From Podarcis cretensis (Eukaryota), in NCBI GenBank assembly GCA_951804945.1, contig OX638153.1, positions 32,426,001-32,490,000 on the forward strand: a DNA stretch of 64,000 nt. Direction: 5' to 3'. Below the pieces are notes generated by a model. It did not search any database. It worked only from the letters and a program-made list of their open reading frames with translations, and was not told where the DNA came from. The position numbers were made by a program, and so were the translations under genes. Positions 13,271-27,916 of the stretch are shown here, piece by piece. Numbering within the stretch: the stretch's first letter is position 1; the number at the start of each line of letters is the position of its first letter.

Positions 13271-14500
13271 TAGTTTTCAAAAGGTGCCACACCTGTCCTG
13301 ATTTTGCTTACATTATTTCAGATTAAGGGGAGTTAACAGCAAGTAAAAAAACATTAGCAAGTTGGATGATCTTTTGTTTGCCCTCCTTTGTTTTCTCAAG
13401 CCACTCAAACTTTACTTATGATTGTAGGTCTTTTGAAGACAGAGATGAAACTGCTGTAGGCCACCCTGAACCCATGGTCTTGAGTGGGTTAAACATAGGA
13501 TTAATAAAATTAAAATTTTCAAAAACATTTTAACTATAGTTTTAAGAATACTTTAAAGTGAGGCTTCCATAAATGTGCACAATATATTTTGCTTTGGGCA
13601 GCATGAGTGGAACACCCCCTTTCTTGTCTGCTCGGTTCCTGCAGTTTCCTTTCGGCTACCTTCCCCCAAAATGTGATGCACCACTTCTGTTTTCAAACCT
13701 GGCAATAGCTACAATCAATCACAGGGCTAATATATACCAGGCTACCAGCAGAGCAGCACGGCAGCTCCATTTATGATTTTTCTGGAAAGGTACCAGACAT
13801 GCCAGCACAAACTACTGCTTTTAAATCACCTGTCATGAACACAGCAAGCATGAGAAACATTAATAGATTTGGCTGAAAAGGTGCTGGGCAGCAGGACGAC
13901 AAATATAACCAGAAGAGAGGAAGGGGAAGCAGAGGTATTTAAGACTTCCTTCACGTAATCTCTCTGCTCTGCGCTTTGGGCAGGCTGGCCTGGATTTCAC
14001 TGCTACTGTCACAGGTATTGATCAGTTCCAAAAGCTTTGCTCTTGCCTAAAGTGGCAAGGCCAAAAGGACCATTTGGAATTAATTAAAAAAAAGAAAAGA
14101 AAAAGAAAACCTAGCAGTTCTGCAGAGAATTTCAATACTTCAATACCATGGGAACAACTCACTGCAATGCTCTGCAGTTAAAAATCTACTAACAAAGAGA
14201 AGCAGTATCAGAGGATAAGATGCACACATTCACCCGGAAATGAATACACACATGCAGTCAGTCTGTAGGGAATCCATTCACTGAAAAGTATCAACCATAT
14301 AAAGCACTGGCTAAGGATAAGGAGATTAATGGTGCAAAACTGTCCTTTGTGAAGCCGCACAAGAAGGCTGGCAAGAGAAATAGCATGTCCATAGCCGCCC
14401 GTACAGTTTATTCACAAAACCAGATACTCCCAGCCACGGGTGTGGGAGGCTAAGGACTCAGCCTGAAGGTAAGAATGTTTTAAGCATCAGAAGATGGAGG

Positions 14501-14636
14501 GGGGCCTTTCTCAACCTTGGGTCCCCAGATATTGTTGAACTACAACTCCCATCATCCCTCGCTAGCAAGGCCAGAGATCAGGGATGATGGGAGTTGTAGT
14601 CCAACAACATCTGGGGACCCAAGGTTAAGAAACACT
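14501..14636. mobile_element. Palindromic hAT-type MITE
   Basis: actacaactcccatcatccct...agggatgatgggagttgtagt hairpin family. Confidence 0.75.
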
Positions 14637-16574
14637 GTGTTAAGGAATCAGATGCCTTGTTGGTGATACAAAGCAGCTACGCTGTGTGGTATCACTCCCA
14701 AAACTAAATATACCCCTAAGGGTGATAGTTCTTAGACTTGGATACAAGATCAGATAGGATATACAGTAAGAGCAACCAGGGACATAGTCAGACTTCTTGT
14801 GCCGGTGGAGCAGAGAGAGACAACACACCCATACCCACCCCTCAGTTTCCTCCTCAGGCAAGCTAAGCTGCCTAAACTGGTCCCATCATGACCCGCCCAC
14901 AGAAAAGGACCTAAAAATATGATTACATCAGCTTAACTCCAAGGATAGATGTTTCTAAGGGCACTCCATCAACAGAAAATGTTTGTGGTGACTGCCCTTT
15001 CCTTTATCGCATCTGCAGCACCCAGTTTTCCCAAGAGGAGATAAAAAAATCCCCACCAAAAGATTCCATTGGGATTGTTTTCATGTCCACTCTTTTCTGA
15101 AGGCAAAACTCACACTTATTTCGAAGCAGCGAGGTTCACTACATCATTTTTAGCAGGGAAAGTGGTCGCCTACCATCTCACTCTCCCACAAATGAAAAGC
15201 ACCAAAGTGTACACTTAAAATAAGGGGGCAAATTCACCATACACATATTAATTAGCTCTCAGCCACACTGATGAAGAAGTGGGAGGACTTGACTTCAGCT
15301 ACATTCAAATAGGTACAGACTGGTAGAGAGTTTGGGATTTCACTCAAGATTACATTATTTGACTACAGTCTTAAAGAGCAATACATGCTCTGCATCTATC
15401 ATGCAGATAATATTAGAAAGTAACTTTGCTCAGTTCTTGACTTACATATCATAACTCTCCCTAGTTTTCTACCTGGAGACTTTGAAATTTTCAGTGACTA
15501 CAACTAAATATACACTTTAAAACAGGCATTCCAGAGCCCTTGGCTTCACAAACTTTTATCTACTCAAGTGCTTAGTCTATATTGCAAAATACAGGAGAGT
15601 ACCAAGCCCTCAGCCAGCTTCTCTTGAAATTATCCATGAAAAATTTAATAATCCTACCCTAAACAAGTATAAATTAACCTAAATTGAAAATATATTGGTC
15701 CCGTGGCTTAGAAGAACTAGCTAGTTAAACCCATGCTCTTTATAGCCTGTCTTTGTGGAAAATATTACTTAAAGTGCAAATTATTATAATTTTTCAGACT
15801 TTGACTAAATCAGAATCTTAATACCTGCACAAGCTAGAGGGAAATAAGCTGTAAGTAGGTCACCCATCAAGCATACAATAATTTATCAAAGAAGACAATG
15901 TTTGTTGTATTGGCCTGCAGCTCTTGTTCAGTCTTTTTTGGCAGAAATGAGTATCTACTACAAGGTCTCTGACAAGGAGAAGATTGGTTTAAAACCAACG
16001 AGGGGTCTGCAAGTATAAATAAAGAACCTCTACTGCAGTCCTCTGGGAACCACATGGATTTAGAAACACATGCTATCCTGAGATGGCAGATATGGATACT
16101 GTGGGAGAGAGAAAGGGGGAGGAGGAATGCTTGTAGGGATAAGAAATAAATCAAAGTGATTGATAGGACAAAGGAGACTGATTGATACAAATGGGGTGAA
16201 TTTCACAGTTCATGAATATGTGGAATGGATCTCAGTTGGCTAGCAGACAGATGGGAACTATGGACGCAGGATGCTTTGGCCATCTGTCCCACACAACTCT
16301 CGTTAATGAGCCTCCATTGCGACATGGAATGAATCTGATATTTTAGTTCCTAGAAGGCATGAAGCTGGAAGGAATCTAAAAATCACCTAAATCCAGCTTC
16401 TACACATCATCATACTTTCTCTTTCTCTCACACACACTGATTTACACAGGTGATCCAGATTGCAATGCCTCACCAAACAGGAAACAGGAAGGAATAAGAA
16501 CATGCAGTCAATGAACATGCAGTAAAACAATGAGTTAAGAGCCTGTCCGTCCCTCCTGCCCCGGCACATCAGTA

Positions 16575-16800
16575 CAGTGGTACCTTGGGTTACAAACACT
16601 TCAGGTTACAAACTCTGCTAACCCAGAAGTAGTACCTCGGGTTGCGAACTTTGCCTCAGGATGAGAACGGAAATCGTGTGCCAGCAGCGTGGCAGCAGCC
16701 GGGGGGCCCCATTAGCGAAAGAGCACCTCAGGTCAAGAACCGTTTCGGGTTAAGAACAGACCTCCGGAAAGAATTAAGTCCGTAACCCGAGGTACCACTG
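16575..16800. mobile_element. Tc1/mariner MITE
   Basis: TA|cagtggtacct...ggtaccactg|TA. Confidence 0.88.
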
Positions 16801-18865
16801 TATTATAAAAATACTAATGATAAAAAGGGTTCTGGCCAGAAAATGTCTAAAAGTGCATGTTGTTATAGTTCTGAAATGATCAGATATGAATCTAATCAAT
16901 AGCATTCCATACACACTTCAGAAAAGAGCCTAACCATTCCCACATTACATAGATGAAAAATAACATGAAAAATGTATTTCAGTCTCTGTTACGTAACAAG
17001 AACCACAAACTTACAGCACTTCAGTGATTTATGTTCCAAGATCGTTCAACTGTTTCTAACAAAAGGGCCTCTTTGCTACATTTCCAAAGCAAAGCCTACT
17101 TCAGGTCACGGGCGTCAATAAAATCGATAAAAATACTTAACTAATTGAGGTTCTGCCCTCCCCCAACATAAAGCCTGACCCCCCCCCCAAATGAATCTTG
17201 GCTACACCCATGCTTCAGGAGGCAAGTTGTTGTTTGGATGAGTAGCAGTGAACCATAGATATGTTTCTTGAGTCAGATCTTTTACTGGATCAGGAGACAG
17301 AAGTTTACATACAACTAGCCATCACAACAAAGGAACAAATATGGAGGGTTAATTAGTTGATTCAGATCTTTTCATTCCACATTTGAAATATGTTTTCAAT
17401 AACGTTTTGGTCACGTACAAAAAGCATATATCTGACTGTGTGCGACTCCAGACTCTGCAAGCCTAGTAATTACCTTGCACCATTTAATGGCACCTAGAAG
17501 CTTTCCAGCACTACAACCATTAAAAGAGCAGGTAGGCTGGTGCTGTTCCAGAGCGAAAGACCCTACCTTCTGCTCCAGAGTGAAATGAATGCTACCTTCT
17601 GTCAAAATGAGCCTGCTGCTCCTTTCTAATGGCTTTTTAAAGGCATGCTAGCCAGATGAAGAACAAAAACTTCTGTTATGGCACAGGTGCTTTGTGATTA
17701 AGATGTGCTGCAGAGTTTCACAAAAAGCATGGGGGGGGGGAATGAAAAGAAGAAAATGACGGCCTGGCATTCTTTCCTTACTTCCCATAGCAGGGCTTCC
17801 AAAACAACCCACAGGTTATCAAGGCCTTCCACCTTGAAAATACAGCTTGACAGATTTCTGGAACAGTCTCCCTAGAATAGCAAAGGGAGCAAATAATGTC
17901 ATCAAGTCCCAAAGGAATAATTTGTAAGAGTATTTTATTCTTTTTCTTTAAAATCTGGTGTACTACTCAGAATCTGTTGCGTTCAGCTTTTCTCTCCCCC
18001 CCCCCACCCCTCAATCTTGTGTGTTTTTTTCTGGGTCCAATTGCATCTCCAGTCACTACAAAACTTTGGAAGACAGCATATGCCAAAATTCTCCCTTATA
18101 TGAAACAAAAGGCACAGAAGCCTTCTCAGGGCCAGGCTGGGAAATCCTAGCTTTTTCCTGCACTTCTGGAGCAAGACAGGTTGTCACACTGAGAATGCTG
18201 ACTGGGATGATGCTGTGATAAGAATGCCTTTTATTTGAATAGCTTGTGCTTCATCCTCAAGAGGCTACCAGTTTTTTTCTCCTGATTCAACAGGCTAGCT
18301 ATCCAGCGACCTTTTTCCCCTCCTACTGCAGCATTTGGCTTGGCTCAGACAGATTGTTCCACTAAATAATAAGACAGTGGTTCTTCCATAAGTGAGTGTG
18401 CATGAAAAGTGTTCCATGAACATTGGAGGAGACTATTGATCTGGATAAGGTTTTACGAAGGACTTTGCCTTCAAGAATGAAGTGGTCTATCCAGTCCACT
18501 TCCCTTCCCATTCTTTTTTTTAAAAAATGTATTCTGCATTGTATTAATATTTTAAAGAGCTATGATCTGGAGATGTAGGATTATAAAGGATTAATGGGGT
18601 CTCCTTAGTATTCCATAAAAACACCTTCAAAGCTCCCCAAATGTTGTGTCTTATTCTGCAAAACTAACATGTCAAGCAATTTATAGAAGCCTCTGTTTTA
18701 TCAGCAAGCGCAATATTCTTTTTGTTCAGTTCTCATTTTGATTAACTGTTTCCACAAGAACTTTAATATAATGAAGCTTATTAAAAAGTCTCATGCTAGG
18801 GTTAAAAAAAACCCAAGATTTGAGAACAAAATTAGATAGTGTTTGAATTATGAAGGCAATTCACA

Positions 18866-19023
18866 GAATCATAGAATTGTAGAGTTGGAAGGGACCCCAA
18901 GGGTCATCTAGTCCAACCCTCTGGAATGCAGGAGTTTCAACTAAAGTCCATGACAGATGGCCATCCAACCTCTGCTTAAAAACCTCCGATGAAGGAGAGT
19001 CCCTCACCTCCCAAGGGAGACCG
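18866..19023 (-). mobile_element. CR1 3' end fragment
   Basis: cagaatcatagaattgtagagttggaagggacc...gcttaaaaacctcc..gaaggagagtcc. Confidence 0.8.
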
Positions 19024-20224
19024 TTGTTCTTCCCTTCATCCGAGCATCACAGAGCGGTTTACAATACAAAAACACAAAAATACATACCTCAGTAACAAAT
19101 AAAAACAATACCCCCCTAAAACAGTTTAAAAGGCCATAGATTGTTTAATTAGCCAAAGGCCTGTTATACTTAAATGATCATGCAACAGAGTCACTCTTGG
19201 TACAAGACCTAATTACAATACCTGGAAATACCCACATTTGCTGCATTTTATGCTCCATTATTTTCAATACCCACTGCTAACAAACTACTAGCCCACCCAC
19301 AGGACCGCACTCAAATTAGTAACAGATCATACTCTTGAGTAACTAGCTGCACACAGAGACAAGCACATACAGAGTTCCCTCTCCTTTAATCGGTGTTACA
19401 AGAGAGTTAAGCAAGCAGTAATGGCACCTGCTGAAAAATAATGAATTAAAGATACATCTGCACAGAGCAATCCGGCACATTTTAGTGATGCTCCATTAAC
19501 TTTAATGCACTTTGAATGAAGCCATGTAGGCCTCTGAGAGTCTAATGTGTTAATGAGGTACTGATGGCTTTAGAAGTAGTTAGGCTGCAAAATGGGCCTT
19601 ACTGGTTGCTTCCCAAGAAGCCTCACAGCTAAACAAAGACTACTTGAAACAGAAGCAAACATTTCGCTATGTCTCTCCATATTGCAAAACTTGGGCACGT
19701 TACAATATTCCATTCACACCTTCAGCAGACCCTGTTGCCTTGGTACCAGTGCTACTTCCGTGAAGCAGTATCTTGCTGTTATGTGACCTCTTTCTACTAC
19801 CTTAAGCGGAACTATCACATTCTTTGGCAACCAATTTGTGTGCCCCATCTCTCCGTTTGTGTTTTGCTGAGGGAAGGATTGAACACTGAGATGTTCACAA
19901 GAGTGTAAGGAATCTAGACATTCGTCTTCAGATGAAGAGCTATTTCCTCCTTAGGGCAATACCAAAGATTCATATATGTTAATATGCCACAAGTAGGTCC
20001 CCCAAGAGTCTGTTCTCAGGCAAAAACATCTGAATTACTCTTACAATAAACCTAAAGATTGAGACTGGAACATCTCTTTCTATACATATGCTTGCCTCTG
20101 GGCATTTTCTCCATGCTTTTTGGAAAGGTTACTCAAGGTCAGTAGCAGAGAATAATCAAGTAAGTTAGTACTTACAGATGACAACAATACCCGACTCCCA
20201 GTATATTGTGAAGTGCAAACTGGA

Positions 20225-20365
20225 GTGCTTTGTTTTAAGGGAGGGAATAGATTTAGCGGGCAGTCATGGGATAAGAGGACAGGTCCTCTTATGGATCAGG
20301 CACTGGTTAAAGAACAGGAAGCAGGAGCTGTAATAAATGGATAGCTCTCCCAATGGAAGGATGTA
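20225..20365 (+). mobile_element. CR1 RT fragment, degenerate
   Basis: catgggataagaggacaggtcctcttatggatc...tggttaaagaacaggaagcag encodes HGIRGQVLLWI..WL..RKQ, typical of CR1 RT. Confidence 0.7.
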
Positions 20366-22881
20366 CTTTTAAGTATAGGAGTGAGAGTGTGCTCAATGAT
20401 ACTTATCGCCTTGTAGCTGTGTTTGGAATTGCACACATACTCTGGAAAGTCTAACATAAAGGGGATACAGAATTTCCAAAATCAATCACATACTTTCTCC
20501 CATAAAGTTTCTGTCTCGTAAGATACATAATGCATTGGGTCAGTGTGGTCTACTGGCCACTGTAAATCAAGTGTAGGACTTTCAACTCACCTACTAGAAA
20601 GGAGGCAGAGCTAATTGCTGCTATACTGATCGAAGAGAACCTAAGATTGAAAGGAATGCCCATTGAAAGGAGTATGAGGGAAAGGGAAAGATTCAAAAAT
20701 ATCACAAATTCCCTATACTGTATTACATTTCTTATTCACTTCTTCCTAGAATTGTTTCTCCAGTGGATTGCCTTTTTTTCTTTTTCTTTTTTGCTGTATT
20801 CGAGTTACTCCAACAAAATAAATTTTCTTCCCAGTCTCTCTTCTGAATGTTCTCATATTCTCTCTTAGATCACTAGCTTAAGGATTGCCCATATTCAGAG
20901 GATGTAAAAAAGCTTTTCCCCCTCAAATATTAGATTTCTATTAATGTATTTATACACTCATCCAGCCCCTTTAATCTTCCTTTCTCCAGACAATGCAAAA
21001 GTTGATTTTGAATCTCTCTTTAGCCCTGCGGTCTCCCTACCACAGCATCATTCTAATTGTGTGTTCTTGAATTTTCTCTAGTATATCAGAATCCTTTAAT
21101 AATGCAGGGATCAGAAATAGATGCAATGTTCTGCAGTGTGCAAAGTGGCATTATGTGTTTCCAATTCTCCTTTCAATTTTTCTACCTAGCCACTCCAATA
21201 TTAAAAAACCACTCTTTACCAAATATTCTATCCAAAAATGCTACAAAACATATATTTGTTTTCTTTCATCAACTTCTTAGTTTTATCTTCTGGTGTTTAC
21301 GAAGCATGCCAGTAGTGTGTTATAGTCATCTTGCTTTTATTAATTTACTTGTGAAATGCCTGTCATTATGAAGGGTGGAAGGAGAGCACATATACTACAG
21401 GGACTCACAAGTGTGAGTATAATATTATTTATTTGGAAACTTTATAAACAGCTTGACTAAAAAAGTATCTCCAACTGGTGTACATTTAGCATGCAACAGT
21501 GTCAGTGGAGACTGGATCTCCTAATTTCAGAAGAAAGAAGCAGGCTTCAGAACAGTGTACCCAAGTACAGTACTTTTACCTATAAGACCAGACAGCAGCT
21601 ACTCGTTTTAAAATAAAAAGATGCATGTGGGAACACTGCTGGGATGAGAGCTGAACCCACTCCTGCACCAAGTGACCCAAGTAGTTGCAATACAAGACAT
21701 GTTCCACTCCCATCCCTACTGACACACCATCTTTCAATTCATTTATTTGTCACAGGAAGCAACTGACTTATAGCCAATGAGCTGCACCAGGATACACTCA
21801 TGAGCCCCATGTCCAGAGCACAGGTAGATTTTCCTAGTCCCTTGCAATCCAGTCCCAGTTTGCATCTTAGCTTACTTTACCCACTAGGACTCTATGGAAG
21901 CCTTTAAGAACTAAGTCCATTCCTATATGCATATCCCCACCCTTGGCTTTATAGACTAGTCTCTCATTTTGTGTGACAAAACAAGAGAATCCAGGAGCTA
22001 GCTCTTATAAGAATATGATTGTGGGTTCATCCAAGTCACGCAGATTGCAACCAGACCCCCTCAATATGGCCTGTACAAACTCAACAATGCCTTAGCACTT
22101 CTTTCTCGTATTGTAATTAAATAAAATAACCAAACTGATTTTCAGTGTTCAGCACTAGTGGAGATGGGGCTGTAGCCTGGGAGGGTCATTATTAAGAAAG
22201 TTAAGCTCTGTCAGTTTCTCAATAATGGCTGTTGTGGAATGCCATAAAACCCTTCTCTATCAGGATGTAATTAACTCTGCTCAGCATTATGTAGGCAACT
22301 GTTACTCTAGGCTATTTTTTAAAAAAATCCAGGCAGTTTCCCCTCTATTTCACTTTAAATATATGACATTACAAAGTTAAGGGTCATACTAAAAATCTGT
22401 GTCCTGCATCTAGGTTATATCTATTTACCGACATGAGGATTACAAGCATACTCAAAGATCATACCCCATTATCACTTTATTATCTTTTGCTAAATCTCCC
22501 TTACTTTTCCTAATCACAGAGAGATGCAAAGACACCAAATGATCTTCGCTTCATTACAGGAGCAGAGTACCTCAAGGCCTGGACATTCTAATGGATTGGA
22601 AGTGAAGTAAGTGTGAGGTTTACGCCATAGGATGAAAGGGAAACCTTAGTGGGCCAGTGCAGTGCAAAGAATTGTTAAGGAAATGTATGATAAGACCTTG
22701 CTTGCTGTGTCATGCATTCAATTGGCAAGAGAACCTTCGGCATGAGTGTACCAGTTGTAAGGAACTCTGTTTCCTTGATGATTGGACAAACCTACTACTC
22801 TGTCCTTTTTACTCAGGCCTTCTCCAGCATTGCTTTTCAGTTGATATGATCTATGATGAAGGCTTTTCTTATTATGGAAAA

Positions 22882-23296
22882 GGGGCTTATAGCTCAGTGG
22901 CACAGCATCTGCTTTGCATGCAGAAGGTCCCACCTCATTCTCTGGCAGGTAGGGCTGGGAACGTCTGAAACCCTGAAACCCTGTCAGTATAGACAATACA
23001 GTGGTACCTCATTTTTCAAATGTCTCAGAAGTCGAACGTTTTGGTTTTCGAACGCCAAAAACCCAGAAGTAACTGCTTCGGTTTTCGAATGCTTTTCGGA
23101 AGTCAAACATTCCACGCGGCTTCCGTATTGAGTTTTCCGTAAGTAAATGCTTCTGGAAGTAAATGCTTCAGTTTTTGAACGTTTCAGAAGTCAAATGGTC
23201 TTCCGGAACGGATTACGTTGGAAAACCGAGGTACCACTGTACTGTGTTAGATGGATCAATGATCTAACTCAATATAAGGTACATTCCTACATTCCA
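22882..23296 (+). mobile_element. Squam3-like tRNA SINE interrupted by a TcMar MITE
   Basis: A box tagctcagtgg, then gcatctgctttgcatgcagaaggtccca. The body resumes after the MITE with tagatggatcaatg...tataagg..ttcct. Confidence 0.8.
22999..23239. mobile_element. Tc1/mariner MITE (second subfamily) nested in the SINE
   Basis: TA|cagtggtacctc...gaggtaccactg|TA. Confidence 0.88.
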
Positions 23297-23741
23297 ACTA
23301 TACTTTATAGTTTTGTTTTATGATGGATTTTATTTTATGCATTTTTATGCACTCTTGTTCACCACTTAGAGGTTTTATGTTAAGATCTTTATACATCCTT
23401 AAAATAAACAAGAGTTAAGTGTATGCAGGAATATTATGAAGGGATAGATTATTGCCGAGCACTGTCAGTTAAAGCCTCTGGAAATCTGTAAACCTGGGGA
23501 TATACACTGCAATAGCCCCCATATTTTATCAGTCTACAACTCCCATCAGCTTTAGCCTGCACAGAGAATTGTGAGAGATTATGGAAATTGGGAGTCCAAC
23601 ATCCGTAATATGTTGACTACTCCTGCTTTAAACAAAAGGGGACTCTATGTCACTGGGATCCCATTATACTGACTTTGCATATGAAGGAAGAGATATCTTC
23701 TTTCAGAACATACAGTCAATAATGGCTTAGACTCATTAGAG

Positions 23742-23869
23742 CAGAGTTTCCCAAACTGGGGTCTCCAGTTGTTTTTGGACTACAACTCCCACCATTCCTA
23801 GCTAGCAGCATGAGTGATGATGGGAATTGTAGTTCAAAAGCAGCTGGAGACCCAAGTTTGGGAAACCCT
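23742..23869. mobile_element. Palindromic hAT-type MITE
   Basis: gtttcccaaact...aagtttgggaaac TIR with internal hairpin. Confidence 0.75.
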
Positions 23870-25236
23870 TCCTTAAAGCCTTCCTCTCACATGTTTCTTC
23901 ATGATTTCTAAGATCAGCTAGGAGTGCCCTCTTCAGGATCACACTCCTAGGTTGTTCTGGTGACAACGGCACATAGAAAAGAACTACCAGCAGCTGTCCA
24001 AACACAGAATCCACAAGCCTGCCCCAAATTTTCCAAAATTTAAACATTGTTGGAAGCAAGAAAACATTTCTGTTTACGTTGGCATTTGGTAGCAGTCATA
24101 AGCAGGCAAAAAGTTATTTTATGTTCTCATCCATTTGAAAACATGCGACATCTGCTGAGCCCTTTCTATCAGATTACTTTCTACTATATATTTATTACAG
24201 TCAGTATGGTGTTGTCTACAGGAAGGTACCAGCCGACTTTAATCTCAAAATTCTCCCAGCCTCATGTATTCTGGCTTCTTACAGACTTATTACCTCTTGA
24301 GCCCCTACTGTTGCATCCTAATGCCTAACTTCTGGCTTTTTCAGTAGTAGTAGGAGTAATTATTCTCAATGCATTTATATTCTGCCTTCCTGCCTTAATA
24401 TGAGGCACTCAAGGTAACTCACAGCGTGGTAAATACACACATACACCACAAATCACTTTTAAAAAACTCACCTAAAAAGGGGGGGGGGATAGCAGAAAAT
24501 ACAAATCAAATACATGCAAAAGAGAAGGCCAAAAAGGAGAAACAAACTGCTGGAACAAAATAATAAATAAATCTGCCAGGCAGAGTAATCCAAAGCCTAG
24601 ACACAATAGGGGAGAATGCTCTATTGAACATTCCCACCAGCCCACTCTCAGATATCAGTGGGATACACAAACAGGCTTCTCCAAATGACCTCACAGAACA
24701 GGCAGGCTCATAAGGTAGGAGGAGCCAGCGTATTTGATATACTGATTCCTAAGGTGTTTATGAATTTAAAGGTAATGGCCAGTACTCAAGTCCCAAACAA
24801 ACCAGAATGAATACTGTAAATAGAGTGAGAGGGAGAGTTGACTAAATCCAAGAGGAGGAGGTGGGAGGTTTGGCTACTCAAGGTTTCCAAATGCCCCCAC
24901 CCCACATTTCTCATTCAAACCTCCACAGGGGGTGGCATGGGGGGCTACACTGGAAGGCATGAACCCACCTGCCTATCAGCTTCTCCAGCACCCACCGCCC
25001 AGAAACTTCTCCCTTCAAACCTCAGTTCATTTTGATGTCCCAGCACAGCTTCAAAAAAATCACTTTGGCCCACTAGGGGTAAGGGAGATAAAGATTGAGC
25101 CTGATCTAATGGGGAGGAGTTTGGCAAGCTGTAAGGGGGGAGGTGGCTTTGGCAAGGAAGGGGATAGGGTGGTTTAGGCGGGGTGGGGGTAAATGAGGTT
25201 GGTGAGTTAAGCCAGCAGGGGTGGAAGCCCCTAGTA

Positions 25237-25359
25237 CAGGGTTCCCCAAAATTGGGTCTCCAGCTGTTGTTGGACTACAACTCACATCATTCCTAGCTAG
25301 CAGGACCAATGGTCAGGGATGATAGGAACTGTAGTCCAAAAACAGTTTGAGAAACCCTG
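25237..25359. mobile_element. Palindromic hAT-type MITE
   Basis: caggg...ccctg termini with 8-bp TSD CCCTAGTA on both sides. Confidence 0.88.
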
Positions 25360-25974
25360 CCCTAGTACATTGACAAGAGCAAAATGACTGATCAAAGTGT
25401 GGCAGTAATCCTAAACATACTTGGCATAACACACTTAAAGCTGCAATCCAACTCCCCAATCTGTCACAGCCTCTCCTCAGAGTTCTGCTAGCATCACTCC
25501 TCCAGCCTGGAGCTTCTTGTTCTGCTCACTGAAAGTGTAGGTTGGAAGTATCGCTAGCAGGAACTCGCAGAAAGCCCCTAAATGGGGAATGCTGGGAGGA
25601 GAGGTTGCACTGGCCCTAGATTCACTGAATCCCAAACTAACCCCACTGCAGTCACTTGATGGTATTGGGCCTGATCCAGGAACAGTCACCACATCAGTTC
25701 CACATCAGCATGGAACAGGGTTTTATCTGCCCCAGGCAACGTTGAGTAGCAAGGCTGTGGATGCAGTAGTGGCCACCCCATCCATTCATGCCCCTCGGCT
25801 GCCCAGCCAGTGTCATGATTGCTCTGTGATTCAGTGGGTTTAATTCTGAGTAAATATGCACAGGATTGTGCTGTAATGGATCTTCTGTTTGTCTAACAGG
25901 GCTGTTGCTGGAAAACGTCTGGATGCACAGAAGTCTAAGGTTTGTTTTTTGTTTTTAATATGCATATTGCTTAG

Positions 25975-26380
25975 TAAGGTAAAGGTAAAGGTAAAGGTAA
26001 AGGTAAAGGTAAAGGTAAAGGTAAAGGTACCCCTGCCCGTACGGGCCAGTCGTGTCTGACTCTAGGGTTGTGCGCTCATCTCGCTCAAGAGGCCGTGAGC
26101 CGGCACCGTCCGAAGACACTTCCGGGTCACATGGCCATTGTGACGAAGCTGCAGCTGGCGAGCCAGCACCAGCGCAGCACACGGAAACGCCGTTTACCTT
26201 CCCGCTATAAAGCGCTCCCTATTTATCTACTTGCACTTAGGGGTGCTTTCGAACTGCTAGGTGGGCAGGAGCTGGGACCAAACAACGGGAGCTTACCCCG
26301 CCGTGGGGATTCGAACCGCCAACCTTACGATCAGCAAGTCCTAGGCACTGAGGTTTTACCCACAGCGCCACCCGCATCCC
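25975..26380 (-). mobile_element. Sauria SINE, full length
   Basis: tRNA-like head, (ACCTTT)n tail, 13-bp TSD TGCATATTGCTTA (25961 and 26381). Confidence 0.95.
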
Positions 26381-27862
26381 TGCATATTGCTTATTGTGAA
26401 GCATTAAATAATTGTTGGAAGATACTGGCAGATGTGCTGATGTGGATGAAATTAATTCAAGGTGAGTTAATAGATCTCAAAGATCTACACTGGCATGTAA
26501 TGACCGCAAAATAAAAAAAAATCTACATTTATAACAGAAAAGGTTATTGGAAAGGCTATCTGCAGTGGCATATTTTGGAAGAAAATGCCACTGGAGGTGT
26601 ATCGGTGGCTGAAACGGTGCCAGTCCAGTATCACAGCAGAACAAAAACGAAAAAGAGTTTTAAAAAATAGGCCTCTGCCTAACTTGCTGCAGGAAGTTCA
26701 TCAGCTTGTGCCTGAGCTGTGCACTTTCTTTTGGCTGTTCCCACTTGAAGTTTGCAAATATACTTTAATTACTACTTCCAAATGAGATTTCTTTATACTA
26801 CTGCTCAACCTCTTTTGGTTTTGCTCTATAAAAAGGGGCTTGCTCTTACCTGGCATGCTCTCATTTTCAGTTATCAAACCAATCTGAAAGTTATCCGACT
26901 GGGAGAATTAACCCCAATCACTGAGCTGGTTGCATAAGCATCCACAAAGCAAATAACAAGTCAACAATACGTAATTTGGACTGGAAGTAAAAAAAAATGA
27001 AAGACTACGATTTAAGGAGTAAGGGAGAATGGGTGAGTTTGTAAAGCACATTGCATTTAGATGGCAGGATGCAGCTGGTATGCTGTGACAGTCGCTGCAG
27101 CTGCATTTGTAACCAATCTGACATTTGGGCTTCTGTCTCTAAACCTAAGGAAACTACTTTGCAAGGAGAATTAGCAGAAGAATGTAACTAATATAAAATG
27201 GCAGGGGCAAGAGTGCCTATCAGAGCAAAATTCAAAAGAATGCATCACTGATCAATGGTCGGGCTGTCAGGGCTCTACTGCCAGTTATGAGTCATACTTA
27301 ATTAGTGCCAGTGGGTGTTCCTCTGGGCAGTTGGCAACGAGGAGGGAAATGCCAAATGAGTGGCGAAAGAATGGGGGGGTGCTGGAGAAAGATGGTGTTT
27401 CTTAAAAGAAGGCGTGCTTGGGGGAAATTAGCAGAATTCTTTCATGCATCAAACAGCCAAGGTTCTGTTGGCTGGAAAAGTAAAAAAAAAATAAAAAAAT
27501 AAACCCCACAATTAATGCTTCTAAAAAACAACTGGTCTGTCTCACATTTCACAGAACTGTGGTATGAATAATAGACATGGGTGATCAAATGTAATGTATT
27601 TTTCCACTTAGAAACTCCATACATCAGCATGCCAAGTCAAGACACAGAAGTGCAAATGACACAATCTTTAACTTGTTGCCAAGCAGGAAGATGGGACAGG
27701 TGGGAGATGAATGAACTACTTGAATGTATGCTTCTTTTAAAAATCTAAGTATTTGGGAAATGTTCAAGGAATGAAGGACTCAAAAGTAGCTTAAGGTAGA
27801 CCTAATGACAGCTTATATTCTTTTCTGCTGTGTTGCAATTAAGTATTATTGTATGTTTTTGC

Positions 27863-27916
<54 letters not shown>

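Noticed and set aside
22882-22935. tRNA gene candidate
   Set aside because: tRNA-derived SINE head lacking an intact T-arm and acceptor stem, and followed by SINE body.
25955-26514. ORFs over Sauria SINE copies (also 40789..41145, 46449..47040, 57977..58345)
   Set aside because: Translations of non-coding SINE sequence and its hexamer tail (YLYLYL, FTFTFT).
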